Origin: Stylophora pistillata
Taxonomy: Eukaryota
DNA length: 64,000 nt
Assembly (NCBI RefSeq): GCF_002571385.2
Contig: NW_019217952.1
Span: forward strand, 137,938 to 201,937
Reading direction: 5' to 3'
Below, piece after piece: positions 1 through 12,300 of the stretch. Under the pieces are notes generated by a model that was not told where the DNA came from, did no database searches, and worked only from the letters and a program-made list of their open reading frames with translations. Both the position numbers and the translations under genes were made by a program. Positions within the stretch are counted from its first letter, which is position 1, and the number at the start of each line of letters is the position of its first letter.

Positions 1-31
1 ACAGATGAATATGTAAATTACTTAGTCTTAC

Positions 32-3000
32 TTGATAAACACACCGAACAAACAAATCCAATATCAACGAGTCGTCTGTGGCAGAAACAAGCGGCTCTGT
101 AGTCAATGTGCATCGATGAAGGAAGGATTAACTGATTACGGACTGTTGGCTCTGGAAGGAACACCCACTGAAATGAAATAAGCATGCATGTATATTAAGA
201 ATAGAGCATTTGGATTTAACATGATATTTCAAGAGAGACACTCTGAGTTGTTAGTAAAGTTTTTACAATTTACCAGAGCAATAATCTCTCCACCGACTGA
301 AAATGTGCCAATGTCATTAGTGCCATTATAATTAGATTAAATCAAAACCTCACCAGGAGGTATTGAAGCAATGCAAGAGTCTGTGGCACTTTAAGGTACA
401 TTCCACCGGTAATGTCAGCAGCCTACAAAAACAAAATAACCATTTCTGAAAATTCATATTAAGTAACAGTAATATTATTAGCTCAAAAAACACATCTATT
501 AATTCATTGTCAGTGCTGCACTGCACACCTGCTGCAAGAATCCTGAGTGTTCATCCACCACACAAGCATCAATCATTGTATTCTGGAAAAATCAATAAAT
601 GATTTCAAACAAACTGAAATTAAGGTTGAAAATATGCACTCTCATTCTTAGCAGTCCCACTTGGATATTTTAAAAAATCTCAAAACAGATCATTTTAGTC
701 AAACATCCCAGGTTTTGATCAATGGATTCGAAGTATGTTGATGATTCTACGATCTCTAAAATAATACCTAAGACACAAGCAAGCAACATCCAAACCGCTG
801 TGGATGCCTTTGCTTCGTGTGCTGCATTGGACAAGTTCCAGCTAAACGAGACAAAGTGTAAGGAAATGAGGATTTGTTTGAGTACAAAGGAGACTCTTGA
901 TCTCGATCCTATTGTTATTAATGACAAGCAAATTTATATTGTTTCTCATGCTAAGATCCTTGGTGTAAATGTTTCGAGCGACTTAAAATGGAACCATCAT
1001 ATTGCTGAAGTTGTTAAGAAGGCTAGCAAACGCCTGTTTTGTCTCTCTCAGTTAAACGGCTCAGATCTAGGTTCTGATGAATTAGTACAGTTCTATCATA
1101 GCAGCATTCACCCTATTACTGAACATGCCTGCCCAGTCTTTCATGACAGTCTGCCTGTGTATCTTTCTTGTCAGTTAGAGGCAGTGCAAAAGAGGGCCAT
1201 GCATATTATTTTTCCACGTTTTCCTTACGACGAAGCACTAGTTAATGCAGGACTTGTATCTCTGTCAGGCAGAAGACAAGCCCTGAGGGACAAACTTTTT
1301 AAGAACATTTTGGAAAACAAAGACAGTAAGCTTAAGAATTTACTTCCCCCACAAAATACCAAGTGTTATAACCTCAGGAAGTCACACATGAGAAACAATC
1401 ACTTCACAAGCTTTACTTTTACTAGTTTATCAGGTTTGACGGCTAGGAATAGATTAACTGATTACAAGTACTTTTAAGTTTAGAGGAAACTGAATGTTTT
1501 ATTGTATTATAGTTTCTTATTTAGTTTGAAATGTGTCTCAGTATAATCATAAGTTGGCTAGATACTATTTTGTTAAGTACACGCCCCACAAGCTTTTTAG
1601 CTTTAATTCTTATCGTGTATAAATAAAGAATCTACTACTACTACTACTACATGTTCAATGCGGTTTTCAAGACTGTGAGATTTCGCAAAAGTTTCATGAT
1701 TGTTTCAAATTTCTGATCCCATATTTTAATAGTTTGCACTTGTAGATATAGTTTTAATCCCTTTAATTATGTAGGGATTTATATATATATATATATAAAT
1801 GTGAGGGTAGAGCCTACCTTGGCATAAAGTGCTCAATGCTGCATTAGCAGAGCTGGGTATACATTTATTTTAGTCGTTTTTTTTTACCATGTAAATATGA
1901 TGTAATTCAACTTTTGGGTTGCAAAGTTATANNNNNNNNNNNNNNNNNNNNNNNNNNNNNNNNNNNNNNNNNNNNNNNNNNNNNNNNNNNNNNNNNNNNN
2001 NNNNNNNNNNNNNNNNNNNNNNNNNNNNNNNNNNNNNNNNNNNNNNNNNNNNNNNNNNNNNNNNNNNNNNNNNNNNNNNNNNNNNNNTTTCTACTTACAC
2101 TTTTTTGAGCAGCAAATATGCAGTTCATTATCGGCATATACTGTGTAGAGACATCTGGTGCAGCTTTGAGAACCTAGAGGTCATGAAAGATTAGAGCACT
2201 TGACTGTCAACCTTTCACTTGAATTGCACAACCTGATTGATAATTTGTCTTTGTAGCTGCTATGCCTTTCCTGGTAAATTATTTTGGGGCCACATCAAGA
2301 CAACAATCAATAGCAATCTATCCCCATTGCCCTAGCAGATTGAAGTACATTTTTCTCACTTCTGGGAGTGCTGTAACAGTGTAAATGTTAATGAAAACTT
2401 GAGTACTGAAAAATGTAAATATGTTTGGTACAGTATAGGTACAAACAGCATCTAACAATAAGTATTTTCACTTACGTGTAGAGCTTATTCATTTTTTTTA
2501 AACTTTGGTAATCTCTTTATTGTGCTTACCAAAATGCGAGACTTGATCTTCTGTCCAACTAATTGAAGCATAAGATTTTTAGAAAAAAGTAATTAGTACC
2601 AATTAACTAAACACACTAAAACTAACAATTTTGCTTGCAATGGGTAATCACAGACTTAAGTTTGAGAAGTGGGTGTCTAAAATATAGTTTAAGAAGTAGC
2701 AGCTATGATGTTTCCAAGCAAGTGTATTTATTTGGATAAGGATTGGGTGGAAGTTTGCATCAAGGATAAAGGGTAACAGTTCATGGAGCACTACAAGTAG
2801 CTCCCAACTGTGCACAGGTACAATGGATAGCTGAGAGACTTGGTGGCCTCATGGTTAGTGGTTAGTGCACTTGACCTCAGATCAAGTGGTCAGGGTTGGA
2901 GCCCTAGGACATTGTGTTGCGTTCTTAGACAAGACACTTTACTCTCACAGAGCCTCTCTTCACCCAGGGGTTTAAATACTGGGGGTAACCCTGCGATGGA

Positions 3001-3746
3001 CTTGTCTAGCACCCCATTCTGGGAGAGTAGAATACTCCTAGTCACTTAATATATGCTCTAAAAGCCAGGGCTAAGCACAGGTCTGATGGGCCACTTGGTT
3101 CGTAAAAAGACTTTTACAATGTAGAGCCAAGGTAAGCATAAGGGAAGACCTGGCAAGGAGCCTTTGGTTTGTATCCCCTGACAAAGTTGGCTACATTTCC
3201 AATAACAGGCCTGCCTTCAGGCCAGAGTACTGCATAAAATAAAAAATTACAAATCAAAGAAAGTCATTGACTGTAATAAAATTACATGACTTGTATACCT
3301 GTGCTGTCCATCAAGTTCTTAAACTTTATATAATGGTACATAAAATATAAATTGTTACCTGGGCATTCTTTTTCAGCTCTGTGAATGTCTAATTTCTGTT
3401 AAGATTTAAAATAAGTCATTTTTTTTTCTCCACTGAAACACTCAATAAAAGGTTCTGATTCTTATAGGCCACTTTAAGAAGGGTCTACAGACATTATTCA
3501 TAGTACCCCAAAATTTGTTGAGCATTTAAGATATATTTCATTGTAAATTAGTTATTATATAAGAGAATAAGAGAACTGCCTTCCGGTTAGCTCAATTGGT
3601 TAGAGCGCCAGATTGTGTTGTGCGGGAGGTCGAGGGTTCCAGCCCCGGCCAGACCGATACTCATGGTCTTAAAATAAGTGAGGAGAATTTGCTACCTTTC
3701 TATACTTCTCGGATAAGGATGAATAAACCGTAGGCCCCATCTCCTG

Positions 3747-3817
<71 letters not shown>

Positions 3818-6160
3818 TAGAATTCCTTTTGGTGTTGTACCAAGTTAACACCAGCTGATAAGCTTGTCTCTTCTTATTACCTGTTAGCAGATAAATGGAG
3901 TAAATGTGTTTATAATAAGGATAAATAATGTTGTGATCACTTCTTGGAATTAAATGCTTAATCCCTGTTAATAAAAGGATACAGCACAAGGCCATTGTTA
4001 AGGCATTGGCAAGAAGTGTTGGAGGCAATTCTGTGCTTTGGCTATCTGTTGGACAACAATAGAATATCTTCTTAAAACTGCTAATTTAAACACATTTTAC
4101 ATTGTTAAACAAAAATACAGGGGAGTAGACAAGGACTGTGAGTGTATCAGGTATTATGACCTTAAAAACTTATCCATGAGTGATGTGTGATAAACAGATC
4201 AAAAGAACTTTGAGCTTTGAACTTGAACTTTATTTTTATTTTAGACACGGTAAATCTATCAGATAAAATAATAATATTATTACAATCTATTATTACAATT
4301 ACAATCTACTTTAATCTATGTAAACATGATCTAAAATTTAAAAGTGAAATAGAAAAAATAAAGAAATTCTGCTTTACATAGATGCTGTGTGCGTTTTGTC
4401 GATTCAGACGAAGAAATTGCGACAACCATTTCAAAAAGATTGAAGTGATTTTGCTTGCCGCAATTCAGGGGAAAAGCTATTCCAGATAACCGCACCGTTA
4501 TAGCTAAAGCTATTTTTCAGGAAATTGGTGCGGGGCAATGGAACAGCTAGTTTGTTTTCAGAGTTCCTTAGGTTATAAGGAGGATCATATTTAGTGAAAA
4601 GAGAACCAAGATAGTCGGGCGCAAGACCATGTATAGATTTATAGACCATGGTGGCCACTTGTATTTGTTGCTGAGTATCTAACCGTCTCCAGTTAAGTTG
4701 CCCAAAAAGAATATAAAATAATATAATTATGTACATGCTCTTATTGAAAACGATTTTAGGCTAGAACAAGTTAAGACAAGTTTGATCTTATTTAATCATT
4801 TTGACCAAGACAGATAATAACTTTCATCAACATGCTGGGTTTTTTACCTGTTAAATCTTCTGTAGACAACAGACTCTTCATTTCTGTAATGATTGCATCA
4901 TTTACTTCAGCAAAGCCTTCATATTTCCCATCTGTTAGAAGCTCTTTTTGACCATTACCACTGATATCCTCACCAGAGTCTTCTTTTGGAAACACAAACT
5001 TACTATTTGAAATACAAAATTTTTCTCATTATTAAATCTTTGATGGGTCTTTGACAATCTTCAATGATCCTTTAAGATCCTGTGAGGTTTTTCACCAGGG
5101 ATGACCCAGTTACACCCAAAACATGGGAGTTGGTAATGACAGACTGACACTACATATGCACCTGGCCCTGGTTGTTCGAAGGTTATAAATAAATAAAATA
5201 CAATCCAGTGGATAGCACAGCATGTTTTGCTCTAATTACTTATCCACTGGATAGCGATTTATCTGTTGGAAAGCATTATCTGCCCCTTTATATAACTGGG
5301 CCTTGCACATTACATCATCTGCTAATAGATTAAGAAACTGACTTATGCCTGACCAAACCTTGTATTGGTGTGTGAAATGATAAAAGAAAGGCAGTTGCTG
5401 TGCTGCATCATCAAATGTGCATTACAAAACACCATGAGACTGTCCACACAGTGTGTCAAACTGATCTGAAATGCAAAATAAAAATCACCTTCACCACACC
5501 TGAAAAATAAGACCTAGGTCATGAAAAAAAAAAACTTGACTGTCTCATTTCAAACTAGACAGACCATCAAATCTCCGGAACTTGCCAAAGGCATTCCTAA
5601 ATTATGTCAGCTTAACCCCCTAGCTCCCATGAGGGATCAATACATGTCAATTCTCCCTACAATTTCAAAACAGTGTAAAGCAAACGGGTTGTGAGAATTA
5701 AACAAAACATCAACTAGAAGATTTTGTTTGGGTATATCATCAAATTTTCTGGAGCAGCTCAAGGAAGCTAAGAAATTCACGATCGATAGTTAAGAGAACT
5801 CGTTCCATCGTTGATCTTGGGACTTAAAACTACAGTATAAAAGATTGCAATAAATTCAAAAGTTACCTATCAGATATTTGATAGAGTGGGTTTTCTACAC
5901 TTATATGTTTCTCTCAAATTAGTTGCTGGCACAAAACTCAACCTGTTCTAAAATAAAAAAATATTAACTGGGCAGTCTAACCCGTTGTTGCTCTTCGTTA
6001 CTAGTTCTTCCCCACCACACTGGATTGGCGTCAAGAATAACCACCAAAAGATTTGAAATATTTTCTGAAAAAAAAAACCTTTCATTTAGAATCATAATCT
6101 TTAAATATATATATAAATTTGGCATATAATTTGGGGAGTCTGAGTCTCACCATCCGCCAT
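32..6160 (-). CDS. GTF2H3: General transcription factor IIH subunit 3 (p34/Tfb4), spliced, 3'-partial. Exons: 6151-6160, 5982-6064, 5359-5465, 4848-5002, 3983-4045, 3359-3388, 2530-2558, 2099-2173, 529-582, 354-422, 32-167
   Basis: GT-AG exons join in frame to [22 protein letters not shown]...DGKYEGF...[15 protein letters not shown]...[29 protein letters not shown]...[12 protein letters not shown]...[25 protein letters not shown]. This matches the TFIIH p34 vWA domain plus the start of the C4 zinc finger. Confidence 0.95.
722..1650 (+). mobile_element. 5'-truncated CR1/L2-group LINE (RT C-terminal part, 3' UTR and microsatellite tail) in a GTF2H3 intron
   Basis: ORF 722-1477 has KYVDD (YADD-like), [25 protein letters not shown] and LEAVQKRA. 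It is followed by AATAAA at 1622 and a (CTA)n tail at 1632-1650. Confidence 0.85.
1932..2087. other. Assembly gap (N run)
   Basis: Run of N. Confidence 1.
2833..3115 (+). mobile_element. Degenerate tRNA-derived SINE (cnidarian SINE2-like)
   Basis: A-box-like TGGCCTCATGGTTAG and B-box-like GGTTGGAGCCC, followed by the core GTGTTGCGTTCTTAGACAAGACACTTTACTCTCACAG. Related fragments occur at about 15050-15170 and 26430-26520. Confidence 0.7.
3575..3810 (+). mobile_element. tRNA-derived SINE ending in a (GT)n microsatellite
   Basis: GGTTAGCTCAATTGGTTAGAGCG (A box) and GGTTCCAGCCCC (degenerate B box), a non-tRNA body, then about 30 GT repeats at 3751-3810. Confidence 0.7.
4205..4703 (-). mobile_element. 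3' end fragment of an L2/CR1-group LINE
   Basis: [14 protein letters not shown]...YNLR...[25 protein letters not shown] is the typical post-RT tail. It ends with AATAAA and a short (AAGTTC)-like repeat tail. Confidence 0.8.
5164..5302. mobile_element. MITE-like element (GGCCC..GTTGTTC / AACTGGGCC termini); related copy at about 26273-26416
   Basis: Imperfect terminal inverted repeats and internal TATCCACTGGATA palindromes, shared by both copies. Confidence 0.6.
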
Positions 6161-6338
6161 CTTGAAACTTTGATTTAGTCACTCATGTAAAGAATCACGC
6201 TTTCTCTATCGTGGTCAACAATTTGCGTGACCACAGCGTCACCATAGGAGCATTGAAGCGAGGCAAATTCAAAGATCAAGAAAAGTGTCGCGCCATGTTG
6301 ATCACCGCTTTCTTTTCCGGAATCGAAATGAATGAAAC
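6161..6338. promoter_or_regulatory. Putative bidirectional promoter shared by GTF2H3 and HECTD4
   Basis: Only 178 bp lie between the divergent ATGs (6160 minus, 6339 plus). The interval is relatively CpG-rich. Confidence 0.7.
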
Positions 6339-9300
6339 ATGACAAATACCGTTACAACTGACTCTGATGCCTGGTCTTCTGTCACTGAACAAAGTATTTT
6401 TCTTGACGATGGCCTTAAATTTCTTGTGGGGGTTCTCCAACCGCCTGCTATGTCTACAGAGTGCTCCACATTCGTGCAGCGCATTTCGGAGCACGAGTTT
6501 GAAACTTCTTCAAACACGGAACTTTGCCGACGCCTTCTGGATACATGTGCTCTACAACACAGCTCTTACTACAAGCTTTTTGATTATCGTCAGCGTGCTT
6601 TGCTGGGCCTCTGGCAGTCACAGAACTCCAAGTTAACAACATCATCGAAAAATTCTCGCCCTCCTGCTGTTGATCCATATCCCAAAGACGCAAAACCGAA
6701 AGTTCCTTTGCAGGATGTTTCTTTTTCGTCCCATGTTAGCCTTCTCCTTCTAGTTCCTATTTTAGAATCTCAAAGTCGGACAGATCCTTCTCTAGCTGGA
6801 CAGTGTTCAGAATTGCTACTACATTGTCTTCAAAATTGTGCTCCAAACTCTCTCGCAGCTGAGCCTACAAGCTGCATCAAAGGTTTGGCTGATTTGTTGT
6901 GCAGTTGGCTCCAACAAGCCAACGATGAAGAGGATGTCAATAGACAGGAAGAACTGGCTCGGTGTGGAGTAAAGCGAGAGAGTCTAGTTGCGGCTCTTGT
7001 CGCTTTAGCTTGCGCGAGGTAACAAATGCATGTATTATGAAATAGCAATAATTGACAGTTGACATGTTATTGATTAAATAAGTGTAGTTTGTTATTATCG
7101 GCTCAAGTTTCATCATTGCCGACCACTTGACCCACTCACACATAGGGGATTGAGTCCTCTTTTAGGGATTCACATGATATATGTAAATTCACCACCATAG
7201 TAATACTAGTCAGTACTTGAGCCTTGATTGTAACAGGTGTTTTTCATTCTAAGACATTTTCAATTATACACAGGAAGGATGCTTATACGGGAAAGTAAGA
7301 GGGGTATATTAAAAGATAGCATCTTTCAGAATGGGATCTTTCTTTTTCTCTGTCAAAACTTATTTATCCTTATCCATTAAAGCTGTCAATTTAGTTCTTG
7401 TGGGAAGTTACGCAAACAAATAAAGCAAACAAATAAAGCATAGAAGTCTTAACCTGAAAACGTTTTTCTAGCTCTAAAAAAATGAGAATTTATGAAGTAT
7501 TCGATATTGCAGTAGTGGTGGATCAGAAAGGAACTCAGTAATGAAATATGTCCATACCAAAATTGTTTTGGGTCACCAAAACTTAATTGGTCAGGTTCCC
7601 TTCACCTTAAGTTCTGGGTCAGCCACTTTTATTATTATCATGATAATTATTTTATTACACCTTTTATCAGTATCAGTATGAATGGTAGTACTAACCTTTA
7701 TGAAGACTGAAAAAGAATTATTTTGCCAAATTTATGCAAGCTATGGTGAACAAAGCCTTTGATGTACAATATACATTGCACGCCATAATTAACAAACCAT
7801 GTTACTCATTGAATTGATATAGCACTAATCATTTGCAGGCTGTCTGGGCACCTATTTATTCAAGTACTTGATGTCCTTCTGCAGCAGAGGACTCCACTGG
7901 CTAAACTACCTGTTGGTGCCGTACTGAAGAGAATGGCAGAATATGAAAGGAAAGGTTCATTCAGTGAACTTAGTGTGATACAAACTTCTCGGTTTATCTC
8001 TAGCTGGCAATTTCACACAAGTTTAACTGAATTTGATGATTCAATATACAACAGTGACCAGATTAATACTCTTGCTTGTGATGGAAAGTTCTTGTACCTT
8101 GTAAGCAGGGAAAGTAAAGGGCTTGTCAAGATTGGTACTGGAAAGTTGGGAACTTTCAGGTGAATGTAATATGCAGGGTTATTCTGCACCATGATAATTA
8201 GTTCTTTTAATAATGATGTTTTTATCTAAATGTAAATGTATAGCTGCATTTACTAGTCAGGTTTGCTTCTAAATTATTCGCATGCCCATAGGGTGAAGTT
8301 AGCTGATGAACCTGTTGATGCAACTGGTCAGATCCTATTTTGGTTTCAATAGCATGATGCAACCACACTCCCATCCATAATTAGTTGGAATACTTCTCCA
8401 TGGTGTTCTTTTGTCCCTCACTTCCTTCTAATACTGTTTGTTCCCAATTGTTGTGGCCATCTTGCAGACCAACACTAAGAGGTGTGGCAGGCTGTTTGGG
8501 GTCAAATAGTTGAATTAGGGTTGAATAGTTGAATAGATTCTTGAATGGTTGAATGGGGGTGTTGAATGGTTGAATTGGGATTGAATTGAACGGTTGAATT
8601 GCAGTTGAATGGTTGAATGAAAGAATTTTTTAATATTGCTACAAACAGCCTGCAATAAAGAGGGGCTAGGAAGTAGGTGTCCCAACAAATTTGTCTGGAA
8701 GTGTGGGAGTGTTACCACTTCCCCTGGATGGATAAATATTCCTTTACCAGTAACTCCAGCTATTGCCAGGTTTCTCTGACAGTTAGCTGTGGGGTGTACA
8801 TGTATGTACTCCTGGGTAGAACGAGGTACTATGAGAGTCCAGTGTCCTTCCCCTTGAACTCTACAGACCTGATCAGGGCTCAAATGTGGAGCTTGTAACC
8901 CTGAGAGCATGGCATGCCAACTGTACGTTAGGCCTCTGTATTGCTTACACTTCCTGAGGGAGTTTACTGAAAGTAGCTTTGTACAGGAATAATCTACTCC
9001 TGGATTGATATATTAAATAAATTCTTAAAATTACATACAGCACTTGTAAACTATCATGGAAACCTGAAAATCACTGAGGGTAGCTTACACAAACTTTTTA
9101 CTGAGATGGGACATATATCAACTCAGTCTCTGATTTGATCTTGATGTGTTTTTTGTTTTTGGTTCCTATAGGGGGGCTATATATGCCCGAAATACTGATC
9201 TAAAGAACGGATGGCTAACTTTTGTACAACAGTGGTTGTTATTTCGACCAAAGCAATTTGATAACCAACCTGCAAACTTATGTTATGTTCTGGATGTAGT

Positions 9301-12300
9301 GTCCCTGAAGGTAATTTAATCAAACTTAAATTCAGGACATTTTCAGTGTATCCTGTAATCAGTTTTGAAGAAGGTAAAAAGCTTGAGGTGAATTCCTCCT
9401 TGCAATGATGAGGCCAATGGACTTGATAAGGAAATCAAAGGCCAACTAAACACATTTTTTTATAAGATAAGAAAACTCAAAGTGAAAATTAAAATAAATT
9501 CAAGAAATGACCATAACCTAAAATCTGAAAAAGCCATTCTCCCCTCCTGAGTTTGGTTTTCTTTTTTATTAGGTCTTACAGACAATAGCATTTAGGGATG
9601 CAGGTGAAGCAGGAGATGATGAAACCCAAGCTCTGCAATGCAAAACAATACAATTACTGAGTGATCAGGTTCATTTATTTTGGCTGTGGTGTTCAAAACC
9701 ATCAGAATCTGCCCGTCAAGAGAGTAGAAAAGTGGATTTGTGGCTACAAGAATTCAAATTAGAAGCATGTGATGATAGCTTAAAAGCCTCTCCTTGTAAA
9801 GAACCAGTTGTTGTGTCAAAGAGGGAAGAACCTCCTTCTTGTTTGTCATCACCATTGCCTGTCAGACATTCACCTACAACACCTACTGGACAAAAAGATA
9901 CTGATGGTAACTCATTACCTTCTTTGGGGGTGGGGTTTCAATGCAGTCAATATCAATGATACATTTTGAACTACAGCTGAATGTCACTTTTACTTGCAAT
10001 GAGTTCTCACCACTAACAAAAACACTTATCTTGGGATCTGTTGTTACAATATAGGGTACTGAATGATAGAACAAACTGTAAATATTATTTCTAAAAGGAT
10101 TTTTTAATTCATTCATTTTCTCACCATGCTACATGTATCTCACTTCCTCTTTCAAGGCCCCAAATAATTTTTGAGCTCACCAAGAAAGTTACCCATTACC
10201 CTTACAATTCTTCAAATTTTATTTTTATAAACATACCAGGCAAAAAAGAGATAAAATTCAAGTTTTCAAGATTGTTGTGTTCTAATATTTAAAGTGTGTG
10301 ACATCTCTGACATTAAATTTGTTTGGTTATCGATGGATTTTAGATATTGTCAGCTGCGGTGTATCAATGACTACTCTGAAGCAGTCAGCCATGTTCATCA
10401 GTGGTGAAACATTGGTCATGGTAGTTCCACATCTTACCAGTCCATCTGGTCCCATACTGCTGTCACTTAGGGGACAAAAAAGTAGGGCATATAAATTATT
10501 TTGTTAACACACATGTGGACATTGATCTATTTTTTTTAGATATTAGATCTCTTTATGTAATATCTGCAAGGCTGTGCTCTAAGGAAAATTGAATGGAGCC
10601 TATTGCTCTGAAACTGTGAAATCCAGGGTGCCCTGCATATACTTTTTATGAAAAAACTAAAATTCCTGAGTCGCCCAAGAACAAAAGTAAGGCGCCAGGG
10701 GCCACCGGGCGCTGCTAGACCACAGCTTTGATCTGTGAGTACTGATACAGTATTTCTCAGTTCTTTCTAGTGAGTCCTCTTTAACTTTTAAAAAGTAGTA
10801 ATGATATTAAAGATGATAATGATAATGATTTTAGTAATAATAATTATGAGATAAAAATATAACAAAGTAAGCTCTCTGTATAATGACATGACCATCTTAT
10901 TTCTTTTTGAGAGGGAGTTGAATGAGAAACCCAATGCTTTAGACATTTTTTTTAGATCTGAATTTGTCTGGGTTTTCTTTCTTTTCTAGATCCAACGAAT
11001 TATTGTTTCTCAACTGTGGATGGTTCTTGTGTTAAGCATGAGATTGTTGTTAACTCAGCTTCACCAAAGTGGCAAGATTTAATAGCACCAGGACTAAGTA
11101 AGTACACTTCTAATAACAATAAACTTTGTAAGCAGACCTTCTATTATGCATTAGGCAGGCATCAGCTTAAGTCCTGATTTTGTTTGTAACCCCATCTTGA
11201 CCAGACTATAAAATTGACCTCTTTTCAGTGGAAAGTTCTATTAAGTGGACATGGATATTCTGATCGAATCATGTTGTAACCCAAAGTCTGTATTAGGAAG
11301 ACATTTGAAGACATTTTATTCACACTTTAAACTTGTTGGTGAACTCACCAGAGTTAATAATGGACTCACCTATCAGGAAGTTGTCATTGACAGAAGTCAT
11401 CTAAGTTTTTGGGAAACTAACATAAGTTGTTAGTAAACTTACCTAAAGAAGGTTGTTAGGAAACCAACACTGTTGTTAGGAAGCTTACTTAATTTGTTAG
11501 CAAACCAACACTGTTGTTAGGAAGCTTCCTTAATTTGTTAGCAAACCAACACTGGTGTTAGGAAGCATACTTAATTTCTTAGCAAACCAACACTGTTGTT
11601 AGGAAGCTTACTTAATTTATTAGCAAACCAACCTAAGTTGTTGGAAAACTCATCTGAGTTGTTTGCAGACCAACCAAAAGCTTACCCAACCAATAAGCAA
11701 CGTTTATTTAGGGAACGATCCCTTAGCACATCAAAACTTGAAAGATACTAGTTGTAATGTAGACTCAAAAAAATCAATTCACAGGTGTCTGTCATGATGC
11801 AGTTAACAGTAGGCTGTGGAGTTATTGCTGCAGTCATATTGGTGAATGGGTGGCTGGTGGACTTCCATCCTGCAGTCAAATATCTCAGCTACTGGGAACT
11901 TCAAGCTCTCAAAGTGCAGGTTAGGAAATAACCTTAATTTCATTTTTGGAGATTCTTTCTTGTGAGACCTGTTTAATGGACAACAACAGAAACAAGTTCA
12001 AAAAGCCAGAAGAAGAATATCATTCACTGTCATGATTTTTGTTTTTAGTAAATTATATTTTGTTTCGTTTTTATTATTTTTTTTACCAATAGCAGTAACT
12101 ACACAAGATTCAGTTGACCCAATGGAGGCTTCTTCGCTACTAGCACATCACATAACATACCTCTGTAGACGACAAAATGCTAAGACAAAAGTGGCTGTAA
12201 TAGAAAATGAGGAGATTTATTTTGGTGATACTTCTGACTTTTGTAGCATAAGGCATATCTGCAATGTTTTAAATGCTGCCATCACCAATGGCCAACATGA

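Noticed and set aside
3583-3655. tRNA-like sequences here, at 20436-20507 and (minus) near 55050-55075
   Set aside because: Stems and anticodon arms are imperfect and each continues into a repeat body, so they are SINE heads rather than tRNA genes.
11461-11632. Regularly spaced repeats resembling a CRISPR array (also 19203, 38554, 62905)
   Set aside because: No unique spacers, no cas genes and a eukaryotic intronic context; these are plain minisatellites.
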